64,000 nt of DNA, taken from Gammaproteobacteria bacterium. GTDB lineage: Bacteria > Pseudomonadota > Gammaproteobacteria > SG8-11. The position numbers were made by a program, and so were the translations under genes. Under the pieces are notes generated by a model. That model did no database searches. It had not been told where the DNA came from and was given only the letters and a program-made list of their open reading frames with translations. Below, piece by piece: positions 1 to 11,757 of this stretch. The stretch spans positions 3,415 to 67,414 of the forward strand of contig JANLTU010000036.1 in the NCBI GenBank assembly GCA_031363085.1, given 5' to 3'. Each line of letters starts with the position of its first letter. The stretch's first letter is position 1.

Positions 1-178
1 GGGCGGGTTCGTGTCCAGGTTCCTGATACTGCAATTCCAATACTTCATGCGGCCAAAAATAGCCCATGCCCTGATAGGTGATCATGCCCAACAAACCTAA
101 CACCATGATCAAACTGACGCTGACTGCCGAAGCGGTGAGCCAGATCCAGGGTGCGCCACTGCGAAACCACATACGCAT
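1..178 (-). CDS. pstA: Phosphate ABC transporter permease PstA, 5' part; gene continues beyond window start
   Basis: Minus-strand translation from the ATG at 178 gives MRMWFRSGAPWIWLTASAVSVSLIMVLGLL..., a typical PstA N-terminus. It sits immediately downstream of pstC. Confidence 0.7.
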   Translation of the reverse strand, partial: MRMWFRSGAPWIWLTASAVSVSLIMVLGLLGMITYQGMGYFWPHEVLELQYQEPGHEPA

Positions 179-187
179 CACGAAGTC

Positions 188-2464
188 CTACAACGAACTG
201 TATTTACGGCGCAGCCGTTGCCGCACGGTTTCGGCGGCGGTGTTAAACAGGAAGGTGAACATGAACAGCACCAGTGCGGCGAGGAACAACAAGCGGTAAT
301 GCGTGCTGCCTAATTCCGACTCGGGCATTTCCACAGCGATGTTGGCCGACAAGGTGCGCATGCCGGAAAACACCGAAAAATCCATCACCGGCGTATTGCC
401 GGTAGCCATTAGCACGATCATGGTTTCGCCGATGGCGCGACCCAGGCCGATCATCACGGCGGAAAAAATGCCCGGGCTTGCGGTCAGCAATACCACGCGC
501 CATAGCGTTTGCCACGCGGTGGCGCCCAGCGCCAGTGAACCGTTGATGAGCTGGCGCGGCACGCTGAAAATCGCATCTTCAGCAATGGTGAAAATGGTCG
601 GTGTGACCGCAAAGCCCATCGCAATGCCGACGATCAGCGAGTTGCGTTGATCAAACGCGACGCCCAGTTCGTCGGCCAACCACAGGCGCATGTCACCGCC
701 GAACCACCACACTTCCATGGTCGGGCTAAAGGCGAGTGCCGCCCAAGTGAGGGCAATGATGAGCGGAATCAGTACCGCCGCATACCAGCCGTCGTGCACG
801 CGGGTGCGCAGCCCCAACGGCAGCGCGCGCCACGCATAGGCAAACAGCAACACTCCGAGCGGCACCAACAGCAAGGTGCTGAACACGCCTGGCAGATATT
901 TTTCGACAAACGGCGCCAGCCATAATCCGGCCAGAAAACCCAGCACCACCGTGGGCACGGCGCCCATGATTTCGACCGTGGGTTTGACCACCTCACGCAT
1001 GCGCGCCGACATGAAATGCGCGGTGTAGATTGCGCCCAGCAAGGACAAAGGCACAGCCACTAAAATTGCATAAAACGCCGCTTTGAGCGTGCCGAAGGCC
1101 AGCGGCGTAAAACTGAATTTGGGTTCGAAGGTGTTGGTCGACGCCGACGATTGCCATAGCCATTTGGGTTCGTCGTAGCTTTCGTACCAGACTTTGTTCC
1201 ACAGCGACGACCAGGAGACTTCCGGGTATTCGTTGTTAATTTTCCAGAACGCGATTTGCTGGTTGGAATCTTCCGCGAGCAAGGCATTCGCGCGCGGTGC
1301 CATCGCAATATGCGTCAACGCAGTGGTGGCGGCGGGTTCTACCAATAAGGTGCGATGTGCAGTGCTGTGGTACAGGCCGAGGTTGCCGGCGGCATCGGTG
1401 GCGAGAAATCCCTTGCGCGAATATTCCGCTGCAATGAGGTTGATCGCCGCGTTGCCCTCTTTGAAGCGGCGAATGCTGGTGAGCAACTCATTGCCGTGCG
1501 CGTCGCGTACCGGAAACCACTGTGCGATAGTGCCGTCCGACAGGCCCACCAGCAAGGAAATGCCGCCGCTGAGAAATTCCAGCGCGGTGATGTGTAAACC
1601 GCTTTCCACGACGCTGAGGCTGTGCACCACGCGCGGCTTGCTTTGGTCGCGAATATCGACATAGGTGATGCGCCCACTGCGGTCGGCGATATACAGGCGG
1701 CGCTGCTCCGGATTGAGCAAGACGCGCGTGACCGGCTCGGTGGAGCGTTGCACTTCGCGCGTTGTTGCGGTCAGTTCGCCGTCTTCGCCGAGCATTGCCT
1801 GCGCGCGTTCGAAGCTGGTCAACAGCACGCGGTTGTCGGCGGTGGCGGCCACCAGCGTAGTGTGTTCACCGTCGTGCTGCGCGGCCAGTTGCGTCAAGGC
1901 TTGACCATTGGCGTCGATGGAGATCGGCGCTGCGCCCAGCGGCTGTTTCAGGTGCGGTGTGATGGTGCGTTTGCCGTCGACAAAAGTCGCAACATAGCTG
2001 GACTTGACCGCAATGGCTTGGCCATTGGACAAGCCCAATGCCACGAACTCGCTGCCCGGCGCACCGGCCGCAAAACTGGTGATGCTGGCGTTGGCCGGCA
2101 GCGTGATCGCCTGATCCGAAATCAGCGCGCCGTCGAGGGTGCGAAAAAACAACGCGTGTCCATCGCGGGTATAGCGCAGGCCGATCTCAGTTTGCTCATC
2201 CATCGACAGATATAAAGTTTCGCCGCCGCCGGGCACGGCAAAGCGGCGTGCGACTTCCATGCTCGCGCCGCCAAACAACGGAATCACCACATACACCAGA
2301 TAAAAGAAAATCAGCAGGATGGCGACAATCGCACCCACGCCGCCAATGGCCACGAAGTAGCGGGCAAAGCCATCTTTAAACATGCGCCAAGCGCGCCGAC
2401 GGTGGCGCACGCGCTCGCTGAGCGGCGGAATGATGGACTTGCGGGAGGCGGTCGACGGATTCAT
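188..2464 (-). CDS. pstC: Phosphate ABC transporter permease PstC, long form with large N-terminal periplasmic domain
   Basis: The C-terminal ~300 aa carry ABC transmembrane permease signatures (ATGNTPVMD, EAA-like loop). The ~750-aa length matches long PstC forms such as that of Pseudomonas. The track ORF starts at a TTG at 2485; the ATG at 2464 (MNPST) is preferred, and MFKDG at ~2386 is an alternative. Confidence 0.8.
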   Translation of the reverse strand: MNPSTASRKSIIPPLSERVRHRRRAWRMFKDGFARYFVAIGGVGAIVAILLIFFYLVYVVIPLFGGASMEVARRFAVPGGGETLYLSMDEQTEIGLRYTRDGHALFFRTLDGALISDQAITLPANASITSFAAGAPGSEFVALGLSNGQAIAVKSSYVATFVDGKRTITPHLKQPLGAAPISIDANGQALTQLAAQHDGEHTTLVAATADNRVLLTSFERAQAMLGEDGELTATTREVQRSTEPVTRVLLNPEQRRLYIADRSGRITYVDIRDQSKPRVVHSLSVVESGLHITALEFLSGGISLLVGLSDGTIAQWFPVRDAHGNELLTSIRRFKEGNAAINLIAAEYSRKGFLATDAAGNLGLYHSTAHRTLLVEPAATTALTHIAMAPRANALLAEDSNQQIAFWKINNEYPEVSWSSLWNKVWYESYDEPKWLWQSSASTNTFEPKFSFTPLAFGTLKAAFYAILVAVPLSLLGAIYTAHFMSARMREVVKPTVEIMGAVPTVVLGFLAGLWLAPFVEKYLPGVFSTLLLVPLGVLLFAYAWRALPLGLRTRVHDGWYAAVLIPLIIALTWAALAFSPTMEVWWFGGDMRLWLADELGVAFDQRNSLIVGIAMGFAVTPTIFTIAEDAIFSVPRQLINGSLALGATAWQTLWRVVLLTASPGIFSAVMIGLGRAIGETMIVLMATGNTPVMDFSVFSGMRTLSANIAVEMPESELGSTHYRLLFLAALVLFMFTFLFNTAAETVRQRLRRKYSSL

Positions 2465-2487
2465 TGCCGCGATGGTAGCGAGCAAAT

Positions 2488-2505
2488 ATGACAGTAATGT
2501 TACAG
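2488..2505 (-). promoter_or_regulatory. Pho box-like 7-4-7 direct repeat (CTGTAAC ATTA CTGTCAT on the minus strand) upstream of pstC
   Basis: The reverse complement of 2488-2505 reads CTGTAACATTACTGTCAT, matching the PhoB consensus CTGTCAT-N4-CTGTCAT. Confidence 0.55.
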
Positions 2506-2564
2506 AGGCGTGGCGTATGACATCACTTTGTAATACTTAATATTTTTCAGAATAGTTGACGCGC

Positions 2565-3749
2565 TCACGCGGCATCCCGCAGTGCCACGGTGACCGGAAT
2601 ACGCGCGGCGGCCACGGCCGGAAACAGTCCGCCGAGGAGCCCGATGATGATCGCCCAGGTGAGTCCATGGGCGATCAATTGCGGCGACACCTTGAACGCA
2701 AACACGACCTGGCTGAAGTTCGCTCCCAAGGTCGATACCGTGTACTTGTCGAAAACAAGCCATACCGTCCCCGCGCCGATGACGCCACCCAACGACGCCA
2801 GCAGCGCCGCTTCCAGCAACACTGAAATCACCACCGGCGCGGCGGGGAATCCGAGCGCACGCAGTGTGGCGATCTCGCGCGCGCGGGTGGAAACCGCCGT
2901 GAACATGGTGTTGAGCGCGCCGAAGATCGCGCCGATGCCCATGATGGCGGCAATGGCCACGCCGAGGATGCGGATCAACCGCGTCAGATCTTCGGATTGG
3001 GTGGCGTAATAGTCGCGCGTGCGTTCCACATCCACGGTCAGGCGCGGATCGGTGCTGAGCGCCGCCTTGAGTCCGTCATAGGCGTCTGCGTTGGTGAGTT
3101 TAAGCGTCACCGACTGATAGCCTTCACGTTGATACGCGCCTTGCACCACCTCGGCGTCGCCCCACAATTCCGACTCGTGCGCATCGCCCGAAGCAAACGT
3201 GCCTACCACGCTCCAGTCTTGCTGGCCCAGGCGGATGGTCGCACCGGTGGCCAAACCGGCGAATTCCGAATGCGCACCTTTGCCGACCACCAGTTCGCGC
3301 CTACCCAGCTCAAAGCGACGACCTTCGAGAATGTGGACCTGGGAGCGTAATTCCCACACCTGCGGTCCGACGCCGCGAATCTCGACGTTGGCATCCGTGC
3401 CGGTGCTTTTTTTGGGTAAATTCGCGACCACCACCACTTCGGCCGAGGCGATAGGTTTGCCTGCGTTGTTTTTGAGCACACCTGGCCCCTGAGCGATCAG
3501 TACTGTGTGTTCGCGACTCAGGCCGCTGTTGAGTTCCGCGCTGGCGCCCTTGCGCAAGACGATGGCTTCATCGACACGTCCCGCCTCGGCCAGCACGGCT
3601 TGAAAACCTTCGCCCATGGCGAGCACTGCGATCAATACGCCGACCACGCCCGCGATACCGACCACGATCACCAGGGCCGAGCCCATTCGTTGCGGAATAG
3701 TGGTCAGGCCCATGCGGGTAATCTCCACGATCTGTCGTAGCCAACGCAT
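2565..3749 (-). CDS. ABC transporter permease, FtsX/MacB-like (second of two)
   Basis: 394 aa with an N-terminal TM helix, a large periplasmic domain and a C-terminal 3-TM FtsX-type bundle. Confidence 0.8.
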   Translation of the reverse strand: MRWLRQIVEITRMGLTTIPQRMGSALVIVVGIAGVVGVLIAVLAMGEGFQAVLAEAGRVDEAIVLRKGASAELNSGLSREHTVLIAQGPGVLKNNAGKPIASAEVVVVANLPKKSTGTDANVEIRGVGPQVWELRSQVHILEGRRFELGRRELVVGKGAHSEFAGLATGATIRLGQQDWSVVGTFASGDAHESELWGDAEVVQGAYQREGYQSVTLKLTNADAYDGLKAALSTDPRLTVDVERTRDYYATQSEDLTRLIRILGVAIAAIMGIGAIFGALNTMFTAVSTRAREIATLRALGFPAAPVVISVLLEAALLASLGGVIGAGTVWLVFDKYTVSTLGANFSQVVFAFKVSPQLIAHGLTWAIIIGLLGGLFPAVAAARIPVTVALRDAA

Positions 3750-3763
3750 AAATTAAGTCCTCT

Positions 3764-4914
3764 TCAGTGTCCGCTCAAGGCATCGACGATACGTAAGCGC
3801 ATCGCCCGCAATGCGGGCGGCAGGCCCACGCCCAGACCTAACAGCAGCATGAGGCCGACGCCGATGATCCAGGACTGGGCATCGATCCTGAACATGCCGC
3901 CGCGAAACGCCGCGCTCAGTGCATCCGCGCCGAGCATCGCCAGCACCAACCCGATGACGCCGCCCAGCATCACCATCAACAACGACTCGCTCAGCACCAG
4001 CCACAAGATGCCTGGATTGGAAAAGCCGATGGTTTTTAGCACCGCCAGTTCCGGGATTCGTTCGCGTACCGCTTGCGACATGGTGTTGCCGGTGAGCAGC
4101 AGGATAGTGAACAACACCGCGCCCATGATCGAGCTGACAATTAAACCGATGTCGCCCATTTGCTTGGCGAAGTCGAGCGTGAACTGTTTTTCCGTTTGTG
4201 ATTTGGTCTCCGCCGCCGAATTGGCGAACAGTGCGTCGATGCTGCCGGCAACCTTGGCGGCCTGCGCGGGATCGGAAATTTTTACGATGTACCAACCCAC
4301 GGTGCCGGTGCCAAACGTTCGCCCCGCGTCGAAATAATCGTAGCGGAACAGCATTTGCTCTTCCTGGTTGCCGTCGCGCGGATCGCGCGAGTGAAAGATG
4401 CCGACCAGGTCGAAGGTCCAGGTGTTGCCGCCGTTTTTGTTGGGAAAGATGGTCGCTTCCAACGGGATTTTGTCGCCGAGTTTCCAGCCGAAGCGTTGCG
4501 CGAGATTGGCACCGACGATGGCGCCGGTACGGGTGGTGAGGAAGGCTCGTTTCTGTTCCTCCGGCAACACAACATCCGGGTAGATGTCGAGATAATTAGG
4601 ACTCACCGCAAAGTTAGAAAAAAAGTTTTTGCGATCCTGATAAATACCGCCGAACCAATTGGCGAAGGCCACCGCCTCTACACCTTCGACGCCCTGGATT
4701 TGACGCAGGTCCGCGTAGGGCAGGGGTTGGATGATAGAGAGCTTGGAGCTGACCACCAAACGGCTCGCGCCCTCCAGATTATCGCGCACGCTAAACGCAA
4801 TGCGGACTGCGTCCAGCATGCCGAACAGCAGAAACGCGACGACGATCGACAGCACGGTAAAAATCGTGCGCGCCTTTTTACGCAACAAGCTGGCCCAGAT
4901 CAAGTGCAGGTATT

Positions 4915-4918
<4 letters not shown>
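3764..4918 (-). CDS. ABC transporter permease, FtsX/MacB-like (first of two)
   Basis: 384 aa with the same architecture as the neighbouring permease. Translationally coupled to the upstream ATPase (4-nt overlap). Confidence 0.8.
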
Positions 4919-5625
<707 letters not shown>

Positions 5626-5676
5626 TGCTGCGCTCCGATCCGAAATATCTGAAATTGGGAAATGACCATCCTTTGT

Positions 5677-6942
5677 CTACTCCGGTTTGACCCGGTCGCC
5701 GTCCTTGAGTTCGCGCGGCGGACTCACGATCACGCGTTCATTGGCCTTGAGCCCGTCCAGCACCTGCCGTAAATCAGAATAGGTTTGGCCCAGCGTGACC
5801 TTGCGTGCTTGCGCGCGATCAGCGGCCAAAACAAAAACGATCACACTGTCGCCCTGAGTCTGGATTGCGCTTACCGGGATCAGGACCCCTGGCAGGGGTG
5901 GTGCTCCTGAGCCTGAACTATTGCCTGGTTCGAGAAAGGCTACGCGCGCGCCCATGTCGGGCACAATGCGAGCGTCCTTGGTTCCTTCGATGCTGATGCG
6001 CACCTTGACGGTGGCCTTGCTGCGATCAGCGGTGGGAATAATGGCGATGACTTTACCGGGGATTTTCCAGGTGGGATAGGCGTTGAGCATGCTCTCGACC
6101 CCTTGCCCGGGTTGCACGCGCCCGATGTAAGCCTCGTTCACCTCAACCTCGATCTCCAGCGAATCCATGTCGACGATGGTGCCGATGCCGGTGCGGGTGA
6201 AGCCGCCGCCGGCGGAAATCGGCGACACCATTTCACCCGGTTGCGCCGCTTTGACCGTGACCACGCCGGCGAACGGCGCGCGCACCACGGTGTTGTCCAG
6301 CCCCACTTGTGCAAGTGCAACGCTGCGCTCGGCCACTTCCATTTCGCTTTCTTGCGTCGTGATGCGTGAACGACGCGACTCGACCAGGGTGCGTGCATCG
6401 TCAATCGTTTGTTGGCTGATGAGCTTTTGTTTGCCTAAATCCTGTTGCCGGGCGAGATCGCGCTCGGCCTGATCCAGCAACAAGCGCAAATCGGCAAATT
6501 GCGCGCGTGCGACGTTGAGTTGCGCGCGCGCCAGATCAAGCTGCGCCTTCACGTCAGCCGCATCGAGTCTTGCCAACACCTGGCCCGCGAGCACGCGTTG
6601 GCCTTCTTCGATGAGCACCTCAGTGACCTTGCCGGTGACCTTCGACGAAACCGTCGCTTGTCGCCGCGCGGTGACATAACCGGTCGCATCGAGCACGGAA
6701 GAGGGGGCTTGGGTTGAGTTTGCAGTTTGAGCAGTTGCGGTGCGCACCGCGAACACCTTGTCGCCCGGCCCTACGAACCACACGATGGCCAAGCACAACA
6801 ACGCGATGCCCGCACCCAGCAGCCACCACGAAGTGCGCGGAGTAGTTGTTTGCGGGTTGCGGTCGATTCGCAACTGTCCTAAAAGTTCGGATTTCGCGCT
6901 GCGCTCAATTTCGATTTTTTCCAGCCTATCCAAGGTTGCCAT
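5677..6942 (-). CDS. Efflux periplasmic adaptor (HlyD/MacA membrane-fusion protein family)
   Basis: 421 aa with an N-terminal TM anchor, a coiled-coil hairpin region and beta-barrel/MP domains typical of membrane-fusion proteins. Confidence 0.85.
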   Translation of the reverse strand: MATLDRLEKIEIERSAKSELLGQLRIDRNPQTTTPRTSWWLLGAGIALLCLAIVWFVGPGDKVFAVRTATAQTANSTQAPSSVLDATGYVTARRQATVSSKVTGKVTEVLIEEGQRVLAGQVLARLDAADVKAQLDLARAQLNVARAQFADLRLLLDQAERDLARQQDLGKQKLISQQTIDDARTLVESRRSRITTQESEMEVAERSVALAQVGLDNTVVRAPFAGVVTVKAAQPGEMVSPISAGGGFTRTGIGTIVDMDSLEIEVEVNEAYIGRVQPGQGVESMLNAYPTWKIPGKVIAIIPTADRSKATVKVRISIEGTKDARIVPDMGARVAFLEPGNSSGSGAPPLPGVLIPVSAIQTQGDSVIVFVLAADRAQARKVTLGQTYSDLRQVLDGLKANERVIVSPPRELKDGDRVKPE

Positions 6943-7083
6943 AGAGTTCTTTTCATGAGTTGGCGGGCATTACGCGAGCGGCCAATAGGTTCCATCCTAG
7001 TGGAGGCAGGATAACTAAAATGTTGTCAAGAATAAACTTTTGGAGCACTGAATTTTTGCGCGATGAGTCGAACTGCCAACGCA

Positions 7084-7118
7084 CAAAAGCCTGCCCCGTG
7101 ATGGCGGGGCAGGCTTTT
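7084..7118 (-). terminator. Rho-independent terminator hairpin downstream of pstS
   Basis: Perfect palindrome aaaagcctgccccg-tgat-cggggcaggctttt flanked by T-runs, just 3' of the pstS stop. Confidence 0.7.
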
Positions 7119-7148
7119 TACGGCGATTTGAATCGAAATGAATCGAGC

Positions 7149-8117
7149 TTATTTGAGCTTCTCAAGTTCCTTGTCGATAATTTTCTTGGGTATCGGCACG
7201 TAGCCATCTTTGATCACCACTTCCTGACCGGCTTTCGATAACACCATCTTGATGAATTCCAGTTCGAGCGGTGGCAGGGCTTTGTTGGGTGCTTTGTTTA
7301 CGTAGATAAACAGAAAGCGCGACAGCGGGTAGCTGCCCTTGAGCGCGTTTTCCTCGGAGGCTTCGATAAAGTCGGTGCTGCCGGCCTTGGCGAGCGGGAC
7401 CGCACGCACACCGGAAGTCTTGTAGCCGATGCCGGAGTAACCCACGCCGTTGAGTGAGGCCGATACCGATTGCACTACCGAAGCGGAGCCGGGTTGCTCG
7501 TTCACGTTGTTTCTGAAATCGCCTTTGCACAAGGCATGTTCCTTGAAGTAGCCGTAGGTGCCCGACACCGAATTGCGGCCAAACAACTGCATATCGCGGG
7601 TGGCCCAACTTCCGGTCAAGCCAAGCTGGCCCCAGCGGATCACGTCGTCTTTGGCGCCGCATTTACGCGTGGAGGAGAAGATGGCATCGATCTGTTCCAT
7701 GGTCATGCCCTTGATCGGGTTGTCCTTGTGCACGAACACCGCGAGGGCATCAATGGCGACGCGGATCGCGGTAGGTTTGTAGCCGAATTTTTTCTCGAAC
7801 GCTTCGATTTCTTTGTCTTTCATATCGCGGCTCATCGGGCCGATGTTGGCGGTGCCCTCGGTCAATGCGGGCGGTGCGGTGGACGAACCCGCCGCCTGGA
7901 TCTGGATATTGACATTCGGATAGAGGCGCTTGTATTCCTCGGCCCATAAAGTCATCAGATTGGCGAGTGTGTCGGAGCCCACGCTCGACAGGGTGCCGGA
8001 CACACCACTGGCCTTGCTGTAGTCCGGCAGAGTCGGATCGACCACGGCGTAAGCTAAACTGCTGGACGCACACACGGTCGCAATGCCGGCGGCAGTGAGG
8101 ATGTTCTTCAGATTCAT
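7149..8117 (-). CDS. pstS: Phosphate ABC transporter substrate-binding protein PstS
   Basis: Signal peptide [24 protein letters not shown], a PstS-family PBP fold, and a GGAG-type RBS 8 nt upstream of the ATG at 8117. Confidence 0.9.
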   Translation of the reverse strand: MNLKNILTAAGIATVCASSSLAYAVVDPTLPDYSKASGVSGTLSSVGSDTLANLMTLWAEEYKRLYPNVNIQIQAAGSSTAPPALTEGTANIGPMSRDMKDKEIEAFEKKFGYKPTAIRVAIDALAVFVHKDNPIKGMTMEQIDAIFSSTRKCGAKDDVIRWGQLGLTGSWATRDMQLFGRNSVSGTYGYFKEHALCKGDFRNNVNEQPGSASVVQSVSASLNGVGYSGIGYKTSGVRAVPLAKAGSTDFIEASEENALKGSYPLSRFLFIYVNKAPNKALPPLELEFIKMVLSKAGQEVVIKDGYVPIPKKIIDKELEKLK

Positions 8118-8211
8118 AAAGTCGTACTCCTGATGTCGTCGAAATGAATTAGGCAAAGTTTACCGGAAACAGTTTTGAGCGTTCGTCGCAACGGTACTGT
8201 GCCAAAGCGCT

Positions 8212-8251
8212 GTTACAGTTATGTGTTAGAAAAATTACAATTTTATTACAA
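8212..8251 (-). promoter_or_regulatory. Tandem Pho boxes (four 7-bp repeats at 11-bp periodicity) upstream of pstS
   Basis: The minus strand reads TTGTAAT AAAA TTGTAAT TTTT CTAACAC ATAA CTGTAAC, about 95-135 nt upstream of the pstS ATG. Confidence 0.6.
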
Positions 8252-8271
8252 GTTAACAAAGCGATGTTGGG

Positions 8272-9612
8272 TTAAGAGTCTAATGACTCAGGTGAGTCAG
8301 GCCGGGAGTTAAATTCCTTGCGCGCGCTGAGACTGGCGGGGAAGTCACAGCTAAAGGTGCTGCCTTGCTCCACCATGCTTTCAATGCGCAACTTAGCTTC
8401 GTGGCGTTGTAACACATGTTTGACGATGGCAAGTCCCAGGCCAGTGCCGCCGACCTCGCGCGAGCGTGCCGCATCCACACGGTAAAAACGTTCGGTCAAG
8501 CGCGGAATGTGGTGCGCCGGAATGCCGATGCCGGTGTCGGCAACGACGAAATGCGCGCCGGCGTCGTCGCCGTACCAACGCAAGCGCACAGCTCCGCGCG
8601 GCGGTGTGTATTGCACTGCGTTAAAAACTAAATTTGAGAAGGCGCTGCGCAGTTCTTCGGTATTGCCGCGTAACCACAGCGCGTTGTCGCACTCAAGCTG
8701 AATGTCGTGGTGTTTGTCGCCGCTCAAGAGCAGCGCTTCTTCCTTGATGGCCGCCAGCAGCGCCGGCACCGATACGCTTTCACGGCGCTGCGCGCCGTTA
8801 TCGGTTTCCAGGCGCGACAGCAGCAGCAAATGTTGCACGATGAGTTGCATGCGCCCGGTCTGCTCTTGCATCAATTGCAACGAACGCGCCCATTGCCGTG
8901 CGCAATCGTCTTCGCCGTCGGCCAGGGTTTCAAGAAAGCCCATGATGACGGTGAGCGGCGTGCGCAGTTCGTGCGAGGCGTTGGCGATGAAGTCGCGGCG
9001 AATCTGTTCCAGGCGCTGCACGTGGGTAACATCGCGCGCGATCAGCAGCCGTTGGTTGTCACCATAGGGCACCACATGAATCAGCAGTGCGATCTGGCTG
9101 TCGGTGGGCGACGGCAAGGCCAACGGTTGCGCGTAATCGCGGCGGCGCAGGTAGGCGACGAAATTCGGATGGCGGATAAAACTGTCGACGCGGTGGTCCA
9201 CGTCGTGCGCATCCAAGTTGAGCAGGCGCGATGCGGCGCTGTTAAACCACTCGATTTCGCCGTGTTCCTTGAGTATTACCGTGGCATCCGGCATGGCCGA
9301 GGTGGCTTCGCGAAAGCGGCTCAGCAGCGTGGCGAGGCGGCGTTTGTGGCTGCGGCTGCGCTGTTGCAGTTTATAAATTGCGTGGTAGACCTCTTCCCAT
9401 ATGCCGCCGATTTCCGGTGGTTCGGCATTGCGGTGCAGGCGCAACCATTGCTCCAGGCAGTAAAGGCGGTACAAATGGTAGGCGAGGTGAATGGCGACGG
9501 CGATCAGCAAGCCCAGCGCAATCTGGTCGCTGAAAATACCGACCAACAAGCCGGCCGTGGCCAGCACGCCCAGGCGCCAGAGCTCTGCAATCCAGTGGTC
9601 GAGCAACATCAA
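8272..9612 (-). CDS. phoR: Phosphate regulon sensor histidine kinase PhoR
   Basis: N-terminal TM and PAS region, HisKA H-box (ASHELRTPLTV) and HATPase_c. Directly downstream of phoB. Confidence 0.9.
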   Translation of the reverse strand: MMLLDHWIAELWRLGVLATAGLLVGIFSDQIALGLLIAVAIHLAYHLYRLYCLEQWLRLHRNAEPPEIGGIWEEVYHAIYKLQQRSRSHKRRLATLLSRFREATSAMPDATVILKEHGEIEWFNSAASRLLNLDAHDVDHRVDSFIRHPNFVAYLRRRDYAQPLALPSPTDSQIALLIHVVPYGDNQRLLIARDVTHVQRLEQIRRDFIANASHELRTPLTVIMGFLETLADGEDDCARQWARSLQLMQEQTGRMQLIVQHLLLLSRLETDNGAQRRESVSVPALLAAIKEEALLLSGDKHHDIQLECDNALWLRGNTEELRSAFSNLVFNAVQYTPPRGAVRLRWYGDDAGAHFVVADTGIGIPAHHIPRLTERFYRVDAARSREVGGTGLGLAIVKHVLQRHEAKLRIESMVEQGSTFSCDFPASLSARKEFNSRPDSPESLDS

Positions 9613-9618
9613 CCGGTG

Positions 9619-10302
9619 TTATTCCTTCGCGGAGAAGCGGTAGCCGGCGCCGCGCACTGTTTGAATGTAACGGTCATGGCCCTGTGTTTCCAAAGCTTTG
9701 CGCAGACGGCGAATATGCACGTCGATGGTGCGTTCTTCCACATACACGTTGCTGCCCCAGACGTGGTCCAGCAGTTGGGTGCGACTATAAACCCGTTCGG
9801 CGTGCGTCATGAAAAATAATAGCAGACGAAATTCAGTCGGTCCCATGTCCAGCACATGATTACCGACGCTCACGCGATGGCTGGTGGAGTCCAGGCTCAA
9901 GTCGCCGGCGGTGATCGGTACATCGTCGCTGTGCGGTTGATAACGCCGCATCACCGCCTTGATGCGCGCCACCAGCTCACGCGGTGAAAACGGTTTGGTG
10001 ATGTAGTCGTCGGCGCCGACTTCCAGGCCGCGAATGCGGTCGTTTTCTTCGCCGCGCGCGGTCAGCATGATCAGCGGCAATTCCTTGGTGGCATCTTCGC
10101 GCTTGAGGCGACGTGCCAGGTCGATGCCATTCATGCCCGGCAGCATCCAGTCGATCAGCGCCAGGTCAGGGCGCTGGTCGGCAATGGCGATCAGCGCGCG
10201 TTCGCTGTCAGCGGCTTCACGGCAGTTAAAACCGGCGCGTTCCAGCGCGAAGCGCACCATCTCGCGGATCGCAGGTTCATCTTCAATTATTAGTATCGAC
10301 AT
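9619..10302 (-). CDS. phoB: Phosphate regulon response regulator PhoB (OmpR family)
   Basis: A receiver domain beginning [15 protein letters not shown]... plus a winged-helix output domain. Start placed at the internal ATG at 10302, giving 227 aa. Confidence 0.9.
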   Translation of the reverse strand: MSILIIEDEPAIREMVRFALERAGFNCREAADSERALIAIADQRPDLALIDWMLPGMNGIDLARRLKREDATKELPLIMLTARGEENDRIRGLEVGADDYITKPFSPRELVARIKAVMRRYQPHSDDVPITAGDLSLDSTSHRVSVGNHVLDMGPTEFRLLLFFMTHAERVYSRTQLLDHVWGSNVYVEERTIDVHIRRLRKALETQGHDRYIQTVRGAGYRFSAKE

Positions 10303-10349
10303 CGTCACAGTGCTGCTGTTTGTCACATGGCGGTCATCGTAGCGGCTGA

Positions 10350-10369
10350 TTATGACACTTACGTGACGA
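10350..10369 (-). promoter_or_regulatory. Pho box-like repeat upstream of phoB (autoregulation)
   Basis: The minus strand reads TCGTCAC GTAA GTGTCAT AA. The second half-site is a 6/7 match to CTGTCAT. It lies 48-67 nt upstream of the ATG. Confidence 0.4.
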
Positions 10370-10404
10370 TTATGAGTCGAGCATGAATGCATCATGCCGC
10401 GCCG

Positions 10405-11667
10405 CTACGAGCTGAAGTACGCCTTGCCGCCATGCGCGGTCACTGCCGCCGCAATGCGATCCAGCGCGTGCACGTAGGCGGCGGTGCGCATGTCGATTTG
10501 TTTTTCCAGCTTGATGTCCCACACGCGGCGTGCCTCCGGTTCCATGATTTGTTGCAGGCGCGCATGCACGTCCGCCAGCGTCCAGTAATAGCCGGCCTTG
10601 TTTTGCACCCATTCGAAATACGACACCGTCACGCCGCCGGCATTGGCCAGAATATCCGGGATGACGATGACGCCGTTGTTATTCAGCGCTTGATCGCCGC
10701 CGGGAGTGATCGGACCGTTGGCCATTTCCAGCACGATGCGCGCCTGAATATTGGGTGCGTTTTGCGCGTCGATCTGATTTTCCATCGCCGCCGGCACCAG
10801 GATGTCGCACTCCTGTTCGAGCAGCGCCTTGTTGGAGGTTTCTTGCGTGCGCCCATGGGCTGGGGCGCCGCGCAGCGAACCGGTGCGTTTTTTGTATTCT
10901 ATCACCGCCAGCGGGTCCATGCCGTCGGCGGCATACAGCGCGGATTGCGAGTCGGACACGCCAACGATGCGGTAACCGTCGGCGTGCAACATGCGCGCGC
11001 AGTGGTAACCGACATTGCCAAAACCCTGCACGATCACGCGCGCTTTTTCCGGCGTAATGCGCAAGTCTTTTTCCAGATGGCGCAGCACGTAGTAACCGCC
11101 GCGCCCGGTGGCGTCGTCGCGGCCCAGTGAGCCGCCCAGTTGCAGCGGCTTGCCGGTGATCACCGCTGGGCTGGGGTGGCCGACGATGGCGCTGTACTCG
11201 TCCGCCATCCAGCCCATGGTCATGGCGTTGGTGTACATGTCCGGTGCCGGAATGTCACGATCTGGCCCGATAAAATTGGCGAAGGCTTTGACATAAGCGC
11301 GCGACAAGCGTTCAAGTTCGGATTTTGACAAGGAACTGGCATCGACCGACACGCCGCCTTTCGCGCCGCCGTACGGCAAATTCACCACCGCGCATTTGAA
11401 GGTCATCCAGAACGCCAGCGCCATGACTTCATCAAGGCACACCGAGGGGTGGTAGCGAATGCCGCCCTTGGTCGGCCCGCGCGTGTCGTCGTAACGGCAG
11501 CGCCACGCCTTGAACGAACGGCGCGAACCGTCATCCATGCGGATCAACAGACTCGCCGACAGGGTTTCTTTCGGGTACTTTAATTTTTCCAACACATCCG
11601 GGTCGAGTTCGAGATGTTTTGCGGCTTGCTTGAGGCGTTTACGTGCTTCATGAAAAAGCTGACCCAT
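10405..11667 (-). CDS. gdhA: Glutamate dehydrogenase (Glu/Leu/Phe/Val dehydrogenase family, ~420-aa class)
   Basis: Catalytic Lys motif LPYGGAKGG and a dinucleotide-binding GFGNVG motif. Confidence 0.85.
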   Translation of the reverse strand: MGQLFHEARKRLKQAAKHLELDPDVLEKLKYPKETLSASLLIRMDDGSRRSFKAWRCRYDDTRGPTKGGIRYHPSVCLDEVMALAFWMTFKCAVVNLPYGGAKGGVSVDASSLSKSELERLSRAYVKAFANFIGPDRDIPAPDMYTNAMTMGWMADEYSAIVGHPSPAVITGKPLQLGGSLGRDDATGRGGYYVLRHLEKDLRITPEKARVIVQGFGNVGYHCARMLHADGYRIVGVSDSQSALYAADGMDPLAVIEYKKRTGSLRGAPAHGRTQETSNKALLEQECDILVPAAMENQIDAQNAPNIQARIVLEMANGPITPGGDQALNNNGVIVIPDILANAGGVTVSYFEWVQNKAGYYWTLADVHARLQQIMEPEARRVWDIKLEKQIDMRTAAYVHALDRIAAAVTAHGGKAYFSS

Positions 11668-11757
11668 GCGCCGTCTCCAAAAAGTGTGTGATGGATATAG
11701 CGGCAGCGCAGGTAAAAAATTGCAGCGCTCAGGCGGCGCAGCGCGCTGGCAAAAACA

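Noticed and set aside
8707-9819. 370-aa plus-strand ORF antisense to phoR. Similar long antisense ORFs occur at 1622-2215, 10387-11130, 23837-24409, 49759-50412, 55122-55526 and 62120-62902.
   Set aside because: High-GC genomes produce long stop-free antisense frames. These lie wholly inside well-supported genes, have no motifs and have Arg/Ala/Gly-rich junk composition.
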